From an uncultured Actinomycetes bacterium (GTDB taxonomy: Bacteria; Actinomycetota; Actinomycetes; S36-B12; UBA10799): a stretch of DNA of 63,047 nucleotides. A model generated the notes under the pieces. That model saw nothing but the letters and a program-made list of their open reading frames with translations, had not been told where the DNA came from and searched no databases. Positions 56,457 to 63,047 of this stretch are shown piece after piece. The DNA lies in NCBI GenBank assembly GCA_964556255.1, contig CAZKVQ010000012.1, forward strand, positions 1-63,047, written 5' to 3'. The number at the start of each line of letters is the position of its first letter. Within the stretch, counting starts at the first letter, position 1. A program made the position numbers and the translations under genes.

Positions 56457-57344
56457 CTACGTGACCAGTTGCGGCGGGGACCAATCGTCACCGTAGGCAC
56501 CTTTCGCGGGCCGCGACCGCTTGGCCGGTAGCACGGTGCCGTCTGCCAACCGTCTGGTCGTCACCAGGAAGCCGGTGTGGCCGACCATCCGATGATCCGG
56601 GCGCACCGCCAGACCCTCCACGTGCCAGGTTCTCAACAGCGTCTCCTGCGCCTGGGGTTCGATCCACCGGCCGTCCATGCGCAGGGTCTCCACGAGGCGG
56701 GACATCTGGGTGGTGGTCGCCACGTAGGCGCACAACACCCCGCCGGGAACCATCGCGGCCGCGACTGCGGGGATGCACTCCCACGGGGCCAGCATGTCGA
56801 GTACGACGCGGTCGATCTCGGTGTCGTGCAACTCGTGCTGCAGGTCGCCGACCGTCAGTTGCCAGGCGGGATGGTCATCACCGAAGAACATCTCTACGTT
56901 CCCTCGGGCAACCTCCGCAAAGTCAGCGCGGCGCTCGAAGGAGTGCACGTAGCCGCCGTCCCCGACCGCGCGCAGCAGGCTGCAGGTGAGTGCACCCGAA
57001 CCCACGCCCGCCTCAACGACCCTGGCTCCTGGATAGATGTCGGCCATCCCCACGATCAGGGCGGCATCCTTCGGGTAGACGACCGTGGCTCCGCGGGGCA
57101 TGGACAGTACGAAGTCGCGCAGCAGGGGGCGCTGGACCAAGTACTGGGTTCCCTTGCTGCTGACGACCACCACGCCCTCCGGACCACCGATGAGGGCGTC
57201 GTGTTCGACCGCGCCCTTGGCGGTATGGAACCGGCGACCGGGCTCGAGGGTGATGGTGTGCATCCGCCCCTTCGGGTCCGTCAGTTGCACCCGGTCGCCG
57301 ACCCGGAGGGTACCGCGCCGGTGACTCGCGCCTGTGGAGCTCAT
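56457..57344 (-). CDS. trmI: tRNA (adenine(58)-N1)-methyltransferase
   Basis: GDRVQLTDPKGR, MPRGATVVYPKDAA, VVEAGVGSGALT, ERRADFA, LDMLAPWE, HRMVGHTGFL. Start ATG 57344. Confidence 0.96.
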   Translation of the reverse strand: MSSTGASHRRGTLRVGDRVQLTDPKGRMHTITLEPGRRFHTAKGAVEHDALIGGPEGVVVVSSKGTQYLVQRPLLRDFVLSMPRGATVVYPKDAALIVGMADIYPGARVVEAGVGSGALTCSLLRAVGDGGYVHSFERRADFAEVARGNVEMFFGDDHPAWQLTVGDLQHELHDTEIDRVVLDMLAPWECIPAVAAAMVPGGVLCAYVATTTQMSRLVETLRMDGRWIEPQAQETLLRTWHVEGLAVRPDHRMVGHTGFLVTTRRLADGTVLPAKRSRPAKGAYGDDWSPPQLVT

Positions 57345-57351
57345 GTGGCCG

Positions 57352-57357
57352 AGACTA
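57352..57357 (-). promoter_or_regulatory. -10 element (TAGTCT), leaderless-type, for trmI
   Basis: TANNNT 7 nt before ATG 57344. Confidence 0.55.
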
Positions 57358-57390
57358 CGCAACGCCTGTCTGCGTCCCGGGACTGCGCAT

Positions 57391-57396
57391 TAGGGT
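57391..57396 (+). promoter_or_regulatory. -10 element (TAGGGT), leaderless-type, for the site-2 protease
   Basis: TANNNT 6 nt before ATG 57403. Confidence 0.55.
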
Positions 57397-57402
57397 CGGG
57401 GC

Positions 57403-58521
57403 ATGGCGACTGAGGCTCCCCCGGTGAAGCGCGGCACCGGGATGCAGTTCTCGCTGTTCGGGATGCCGGTCAAGGTACCGGTCAGCGGCATCGTCGGCGC
57501 GATCGTGATCGCGTGGCTCTGGACGCCGACGTTCGCCTCCGAAACCTCCTCGGGCCTGTTGACCGCCGCCGTCTTCGCTGTGCTGCTGTACGCCTGCATC
57601 CTCATCCATGAGCTGGCCCATGGTTTCTCGGCGCGAGCCCTGGGCAACCGGGTGCACGGCATCACGTTGTGGGTCCTGGGCGGCTATACCGTCTACGAGC
57701 GGTCGAAGGTCACCCCCGGGCGCGAGACCGTCATCGCGGTCAGCGGTCCCCTCACAACGCTGGCACTGGCCGGGCTGGCCCAACTCGGCGCAGGTCTGAT
57801 AGGTCCCGGCTGGCCGATGGCTACCGACCTGCTCGCGGCGCTGGCGTTCACCAATCTGTTGCTGGGGCTGATGAACTTGCTGCCCGGTCTGCCGTTGGAC
57901 GGCGGTGGCGTCCTCAAGGGGCTGGTCTGGGCCCTCTCCGGCAGCGAGTATCGAGGAACGGTGGCTGCGGCCTGGGGTGGTCGCGTCATCGCCATCATCG
58001 TCGTACTGCTCCCCCTCGTGCTGGGCCTGCTGCCCGGCAGCACCCTGTCGGTGCAATTGGTCATCGTCGCGGCCATATTTGGGGTCTTCACCTGGACCGG
58101 TGCGACCGCGGCTCTGCGGCAGGCCCAGTTCGAACGGCGGATTCCGGCGCTAGCGGCTGCCAACCTCGCCCGTCGGGCCATACCCGCCCAGGCGACGGAA
58201 TCGCTGGCGATGGCGATGGCTCGCGCCGATCGGGCGCAGGCCGGCGCCCTCGTGGTCGTCGACGCGAATGGTCGGCCGACCGGAATCGTGAATCCGGCCG
58301 CGGCCCTCGCGACACCGGTTGAACGGCGCGCCTGGGTGCCGGTGTCCAGTGTGTCGCGCACCATCGACGCGAACCAGGCGATTGGCATGCATCTGAGCGG
58401 ACAGGCGCTGGTCTCGGCTCTGCAGGAGCTCAAGTCGGAGGAGCTCCTGGTGCTGGACGACAGCGGGGCGATCTTCGGGGTGCTGTTCCTCGACGACGTA
58501 GAAGCGAGCTTGGCGGGCTGA
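57403..58521 (+). CDS. Site-2 (M50) intramembrane zinc protease with C-terminal CBS-like domains
   Basis: HELAH, IAVSGP, NLLPGLPLDGG; C-terminal LVVVD-x2-GRP-x-GIV and LLVLD-x2-G-x-IFGVL. Confidence 0.92.
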   Translation: MATEAPPVKRGTGMQFSLFGMPVKVPVSGIVGAIVIAWLWTPTFASETSSGLLTAAVFAVLLYACILIHELAHGFSARALGNRVHGITLWVLGGYTVYERSKVTPGRETVIAVSGPLTTLALAGLAQLGAGLIGPGWPMATDLLAALAFTNLLLGLMNLLPGLPLDGGGVLKGLVWALSGSEYRGTVAAAWGGRVIAIIVVLLPLVLGLLPGSTLSVQLVIVAAIFGVFTWTGATAALRQAQFERRIPALAAANLARRAIPAQATESLAMAMARADRAQAGALVVVDANGRPTGIVNPAAALATPVERRAWVPVSSVSRTIDANQAIGMHLSGQALVSALQELKSEELLVLDDSGAIFGVLFLDDVEASLAG

Positions 58522-58557
58522 CTGAGCCGGCGAGGGCCGCGGGTCGCACCCCCAAAG

Positions 58558-58579
58558 TGTCGGTGGCGCTGCCTACTGT
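58558..58579 (+). promoter_or_regulatory. PafBC-dependent (RecA-NDp) promoter motif TGTCGG-N10-TA-N3-T
   Basis: TGTCGG tggcgctgcc TA ctg T, exact consensus, 6 nt before ATG 58586. Confidence 0.8.
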
Positions 58580-58585
58580 GTGGGC

Positions 58586-59491
58586 ATGGAACTCGATCTG
58601 CGCCATGGCAGCCGTGAAGGCAGCGACGACCCCTGGCGGGTGACAAAGTCGCCGGGGCATCCAGTGCTGGGCGCACTCTCCCCGTCGAGGGCCGGCGATT
58701 TCACGACCTGCCCTCTGCTCTATCGGTATCGGGCGATCGACCGGCTACCCGAGCCGGTGAGTTCCGCCATGGTGCGAGGCACCCTGGTCCATTCGCTGCT
58801 GGAGGACCTGTTCGATCTACCCCCCGGCGAACGCGTCCTTAGCAGGGCTATCGAGATGTTGCCCACCGCATGGGAACAGATGGTCGCTGAGTCGCCCGAG
58901 GTCGCCACCGTCGTGACGTCTGCCGCGGACGTCGACCACACTGACCCCACGGTTATCGCCGAATGGTTGCGTGGTGCCCAACCGCTGCTGCAGACGTACT
59001 TCGCCATGGAGGATCCTCGCCGGCTCAATCCCGCGCACCGTGAATTGCACGTCGAATTCGACCTTCCGGGCGGACCGCTGCTGCGGGGTTTCATCGATCG
59101 GGTTGATATCGCACCCGCGGCAGGCGTGCGCATCGTCGACTACAAGACGGGCCGCGCCCCCGGACCCGCGTTCGAGCAGAAGGCCATGTTCCAGCTCCGC
59201 TTCTACGCGCTTGTCGTGTGGCGGATGACAGGTGAACTGCCGGCCCTTCTGCAACTGACCTACTTAGGATCCGGGGAGTACCTTCGACTGGTCCCCGACG
59301 CCGACGATCTCACCGCGTTCGAAGCCAAGGTCCGTGCCTTGTGGGACTCGATCGTGCAGGCCTACGAGGCTGGCTCGTGGGAGCCGAAACCCTCGCGGCT
59401 GTGCGACTGGTGCTCTTTTCAGAACCTGTGCCCGGCAAAGGGAGGCGAACAGTTGCCGCTGCCGGAGGCCGCATTGCCCGCGGTGAGGTAG
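58586..59491 (+). CDS. RecB-family PD-(D/E)xK exonuclease with a 4-Cys Fe-S motif (Rv2119-like)
   Basis: LSPSRA-x-DF-x-TCPL-x-YRY, RGTLVH, GFIDRVD, IVDYKTG, QLRFYA, C-terminal LCDWCSFQNLCP. Confidence 0.9.
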   Translation: MELDLRHGSREGSDDPWRVTKSPGHPVLGALSPSRAGDFTTCPLLYRYRAIDRLPEPVSSAMVRGTLVHSLLEDLFDLPPGERVLSRAIEMLPTAWEQMVAESPEVATVVTSAADVDHTDPTVIAEWLRGAQPLLQTYFAMEDPRRLNPAHRELHVEFDLPGGPLLRGFIDRVDIAPAAGVRIVDYKTGRAPGPAFEQKAMFQLRFYALVVWRMTGELPALLQLTYLGSGEYLRLVPDADDLTAFEAKVRALWDSIVQAYEAGSWEPKPSRLCDWCSFQNLCPAKGGEQLPLPEAALPAVR

Positions 59492-59502
59492 CGTTCCGGA
59501 GT

Positions 59503-60270
59503 ATGACGGCACAACCGGTTGTGGCGGCCCCGCCGGCCGCGCGCGCCGAACATCTCACCAAGATCTACGGCCAGGACACGACCCGGGTGACTGCACTCGA
59601 CGACGTCGACGTTGAGCTCACCGCCCGGGAGTACACGGCGATCATGGGCCCGTCCGGCTCCGGTAAGAGCACCCTGATGCACTGCCTGGCCGGCCTCGAC
59701 TCGATCACTGCCGGGGAGGTTTTTCTGGGCGACACCGCATTGTCCTCGTTGTCGGACAAGGCGCTGACCCAATTGCGCAGGGACGCGGTCGGATTCGTAT
59801 TCCAGAGTTTCAACTTGATCCCGACTCTGACGGCCGCCGAGAACATCACACTGCCGTTGGACATCGCAGGCCGCAAACCCGACCAGGAATGGTACGACCG
59901 CGTCATCGACACCGTGGGTCTGCGCGACCGGCTCGGGCATCGTCCCAGCGAACTCTCCGGCGGCCAGCAACAGCGAGTTGCCTGCGCGCGGGCCCTGGTC
60001 AGCCGACCGCGGATCATCTTCGCCGACGAACCCACCGGAAACCTCGACTCGACCTCCTCCTCGGAGGTGCTGGGGTTCCTGCGCCGAAGCGTTGACGAGT
60101 TCGACCAAACCATCGTGATGGTCACCCACGACGCTGCCGCGGCCAGCTATGCCGACAGAGTGATCTTCCTCGCGGATGGCAAGGTCGTCGATGAGTTGCG
60201 TGACCCAACTGCCGACTCGGTGCTCGACCGTATGAAGAGTCTCGACCAACTCACCCGCACCGGAGGCTGA
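59503..60270 (+). CDS. ABC exporter ATP-binding protein (LolD/MacB-like)
   Basis: GPSGSGKST, GFVFQSFNLIP, LSGGQQQRVA, FADEPTGNLDS, VTHD. Confidence 0.95.
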   Translation: MTAQPVVAAPPAARAEHLTKIYGQDTTRVTALDDVDVELTAREYTAIMGPSGSGKSTLMHCLAGLDSITAGEVFLGDTALSSLSDKALTQLRRDAVGFVFQSFNLIPTLTAAENITLPLDIAGRKPDQEWYDRVIDTVGLRDRLGHRPSELSGGQQQRVACARALVSRPRIIFADEPTGNLDSTSSSEVLGFLRRSVDEFDQTIVMVTHDAAAASYADRVIFLADGKVVDELRDPTADSVLDRMKSLDQLTRTGG

Positions 60271-60274
60271 AGAG

Positions 60275-62827
60275 GTGCTGCGCGCCACCCTTCGATCGAT
60301 CTTCGCCTACAAACTGAGGTTGGCGCTGACCGGTCTCTCCATCATCCTCGCGGTCGCCTTCGTGGCCGGAACCTTCATCTTCACCGACTCCCTCCAAAAG
60401 GCCTTCACGGACCTGACGAGCACCCGGCAACCCGATCTCATCGTCTCCCCCAAGACAACATTCACGTCCCGATTCACTGCGGACAGTGAGACCCTGACGA
60501 TGCCCGCCGCGTTGGGTGCAAAAGTCAGCGCCGTGCCCGGTGTGGCCGAGGTGGCACCGTGGGTACAGGTGCGCAATGTGAACCTGATCGGACCCGACGG
60601 CAAGCCGGTTGGAGGTCAGGCCGGCCCGCAGAGTGCGGGCATCGGGGAGAGTTGGATCACCGTCCCTTCGGTGGCCGAGTGGGAACTGGCCAGCGGCAAG
60701 GCCCCGACAGGCCCCGACCAGGTCGTGATCGACAAGACGACGTCGGAGGAGACCGGATACGGCATCGGCAGCAAGGTCACCGTCCTGCTTCCCAGCGGAT
60801 CCCGCGTCCAACCCACGGTCGTAGGTACCGCTCAGGCCTCCCTGTCGAGCAGTGGCGCTGGGGCCACCCTCGTGTCCTGGGATCTACCCACGGCGGAGAC
60901 CCTCCTGACGAAACCCGGGCAGATAACCCAACTCAGGGTCAAGGCAGAGCCCGGTGTCTCTCAGGACGCGTTGAAACAGAGCGTGGACAAAGTCCTGCCC
61001 GACACTGTGACGAGCCAGACCGGGGCCGAGTCGGCGCAGGACTTCGCCAAGCAGCTCAATGAACGGCTGGGATTCCTCAACACCTTCCTGCTCGTGTTCG
61101 CCCTCATCGCACTGTTCGTCGCGGCCTTCCTGATCTACAACACCTTCTCCATTCTGGTGGCTCAGCGCACCCGCGAACTCGCCCTGATGAGGGCGATCGG
61201 TGCGACCAAGGGCCAGGTCAATCGGGCCGTGCTGGTGGAGGCGGTGGTGGTGGCCCTCGTCGCCACAACTGTCGGACTACTCCTCGGGGTTCTTGTCGCG
61301 CTCGGGTTGAAGGGCTTGTTCAGCCTCGCAGGTGCCCCGTTGCCGGGAGGCGGACTCACCTTCCTGCCACGCACGTTCGTAGTCGCCTACGGGATCGGAC
61401 TGGTCGTCACGCTGATCAGCGCCGTCATCCCGGCACGCAGGGCTTCCAGCATCCCGCCGGTGGCGGCGCTCCGCGAAGATGCCAGCCTGCCCCCGAAATC
61501 GCTGCGCGTACGCGGCATCGTGGGCGCCGCCCTCGTGATCATCGCGGTGATCTTCGCCTACTTGGCCCTCAATGCCGGCGGTGGCACCAGGGCCGCGACC
61601 CTGCTGGGGGTCAGTGCCCTGGCGGCCATCATCGGCGCGCTTGCCCTCGCTCCGGTTGCCGCCCGCGTCATTCTGCCGTTGTTGGCCACCCCCTTCGGCG
61701 GCTCTGCAATGGGTCGACTGGCCCGCGAGAACTCCCGCCGCAACCCCCGACGCACGGCCGCGACCGCCGGCGCGCTCATGATCGGTCTCACGCTGATCTC
61801 GGCTCTGAGCGTCATCGCCTCCTCCACCGCGAAGTCCACCGACGCCGTTGTCGACGACGTCATCGGGGCTGACTACGTGATCCTGGGCGCCAACTTCCAG
61901 CCCTTCCCGCCCACCGTGTACTCAGCGGTGAAGGACACCCCGGGCATCGGTACCTCGACCTATGTCCGCTCGGCGGTGGCGCTGCTCCCCGGTGGGGACG
62001 AGCAAGGATCCATCATCACCGTCCTCGATCCGGCCAAGATCGCCGAGGTACTCAACATCACGATGTCCCAAGGGAACATCGCCGATCTCGAGGCGCCGGG
62101 AACGGTTATCGTCGACACGAAACGCGCGGCGGAAACCAACCTCAAGGTCGGCAGCACGATAGATGTCGTGACGCTGAAAGGGCCGAAACAGGTAAAGGTG
62201 GTCGGTCTCTACGAGCCGGCAGGATTCTTCCAAGGGTTTGCCTCCGGCTACGCGACCGGTAAACAGCTGGGCGCACCGGATCTGGACTCGGCCGTGTACC
62301 TGAAACTCGCCCCGGGCGCCGACGCCAAGGCAGTCCGGGCAGATCTCGATGCCAGGCTGAAGCCGTACCCGACCGCCACGGTGCAGGATCAGAGTGAGTT
62401 CAAGGCTCAGATCCGCGACCAGATCAACCAACTCTTGGTGTTCATCCTCGCGCTGCTCGTTCTCGCGGTGTTCATCGCATTCCTGGGGATCGTCAACACC
62501 CTGGCCCTGAGCGTGTTTGAGCGCACCAGGGAGATCGGACTGCTGCGTGCGGTCGGTGCGACGCGTGCTCAGATACGCCGCATGATCCTGATCGAGAGCG
62601 TGCTGATCGCCATCTTCGGCAGCATTCTCGGGCTGGTGCTTGGGGTGCTCTACGGGGTCGGGCTGCAGCGCGTGCTGGCCAGCGAGGGCATCAGTGAACT
62701 TGCCATCGACGTTCCCCAACTCGCCATCTTCCTGATCATCGCCGCCGTCGGTGGCGTCATCGCCGCGCTGTGGCCGGCGTGGCGGGCATCACGGCTGGAC
62801 GTCTTGAAGGCCATCGCCACCGACTGA
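60275..62827 (+). CDS. ABC exporter permease (FtsX/MacB-like, duplicated)
   Basis: Two MacB-type halves: YNTFSILVAQRTRELALMRAIGA and VNTLALSVFERTREIGLLRAVGA; two extracellular domains. Confidence 0.93.
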   Translation: MLRATLRSIFAYKLRLALTGLSIILAVAFVAGTFIFTDSLQKAFTDLTSTRQPDLIVSPKTTFTSRFTADSETLTMPAALGAKVSAVPGVAEVAPWVQVRNVNLIGPDGKPVGGQAGPQSAGIGESWITVPSVAEWELASGKAPTGPDQVVIDKTTSEETGYGIGSKVTVLLPSGSRVQPTVVGTAQASLSSSGAGATLVSWDLPTAETLLTKPGQITQLRVKAEPGVSQDALKQSVDKVLPDTVTSQTGAESAQDFAKQLNERLGFLNTFLLVFALIALFVAAFLIYNTFSILVAQRTRELALMRAIGATKGQVNRAVLVEAVVVALVATTVGLLLGVLVALGLKGLFSLAGAPLPGGGLTFLPRTFVVAYGIGLVVTLISAVIPARRASSIPPVAALREDASLPPKSLRVRGIVGAALVIIAVIFAYLALNAGGGTRAATLLGVSALAAIIGALALAPVAARVILPLLATPFGGSAMGRLARENSRRNPRRTAATAGALMIGLTLISALSVIASSTAKSTDAVVDDVIGADYVILGANFQPFPPTVYSAVKDTPGIGTSTYVRSAVALLPGGDEQGSIITVLDPAKIAEVLNITMSQGNIADLEAPGTVIVDTKRAAETNLKVGSTIDVVTLKGPKQVKVVGLYEPAGFFQGFASGYATGKQLGAPDLDSAVYLKLAPGADAKAVRADLDARLKPYPTATVQDQSEFKAQIRDQINQLLVFILALLVLAVFIAFLGIVNTLALSVFERTREIGLLRAVGATRAQIRRMILIESVLIAIFGSILGLVLGVLYGVGLQRVLASEGISELAIDVPQLAIFLIIAAVGGVIAALWPAWRASRLDVLKAIATD

Positions 62828-62850
62828 ACCGGGAACGAGAACGCGTCGGC

Positions 62851-63045
62851 TCAACCACGTCTCAGCATCAGCGAGATCCAGCCGGACCAGGAGCCACCGG
62901 TCGCCTGCCAGTCGTCGTTGAGGCCGGGCACGCCACACGTCTCGTTGTCGATCCCCCGTAGGGTTCCCAGAACCATCGGTGTCGAACGGGGTGTGCCGTC
63001 GGCGAGGAAGCCCAATCGGCTCCACACGTAGGGACCACCGCTGTC
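62851..63045 (-). CDS. 3' end of a possible trypsin-like serine protease (partial)
   Basis: The minus frame reads DSGGPYVWSRLGFLADG...CGVPGL...WISLMLRRG*. DSGGP sits at the window edge, and the preceding codon ends in TC, so it is not the usual Gly. Confidence 0.45.
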   Translation of the reverse strand, partial: DSGGPYVWSRLGFLADGTPRSTPMVLGTLRGIDNETCGVPGLNDDWQATGGSWSGWISLMLRRG

Positions 63046-63047
63046 GA

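Noticed and set aside
58586-59491. RecB-like gene as cas4 of a CRISPR system
   Set aside because: There are no repeat-spacer arrays or cas1/cas2 anywhere in the window, and its context (next to trmI and the proteasome locus) is the standard housekeeping position.

Overview
High-GC actinobacterial chromosomal segment, most likely from a non-mycolate Actinomycetes genome since it carries type IV pilus genes, separate lnt and ppm1, and a complete Pup-proteasome locus. Four blocks are visible. (1) pilN/pilO-aroC-aroK-aroB-aroQ-pepQ-efp-nusB. (2) tRNA-Leu(CAA), the ANTAR regulator pdtaR, a Liv-type ABC transporter, the decaprenylphosphoryl-arabinose genes ubiA-dprE1-dprE2, and polA. (3) A ~13 kb accessory stretch (19.2-32.2 kb) with a lipoprotein, HAD phosphatase, OYE, esterase, cupredoxin, MTHFR-like protein, orphan amidinotransferase, FMO + Zn-dehydrogenase, a lysozyme-C/Rpf-like secreted enzyme and two patatins. 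(4) The conserved rbpA-fxsA-ppm1-lnt...helY-tatCA-pafBC-pafA-prcAB-pup-dop-arc-trmI block, then a site-2 protease, a RecB-like nuclease and an ABC exporter. I saw no integrase, transposase, prophage or CRISPR array, and no system I can call unmistakably new. The best leads are: a natural PafB-PafC fusion together with an exact PafBC promoter motif (TGTCGG-N10-TA-N3-T) in front of the Fe-S RecB-like nuclease; the D-arabinofuranose donor pathway near pilus genes (possible pilin arabinosylation); the AGAT-like amidinotransferase next to an MTHFR-like gene; the lysozyme-C/Rpf hybrid; a patatin pair divergent from a glycerophosphodiesterase; and pervasive leaderless-type promoters. All family calls come from motifs recognised by eye; no database search was run.
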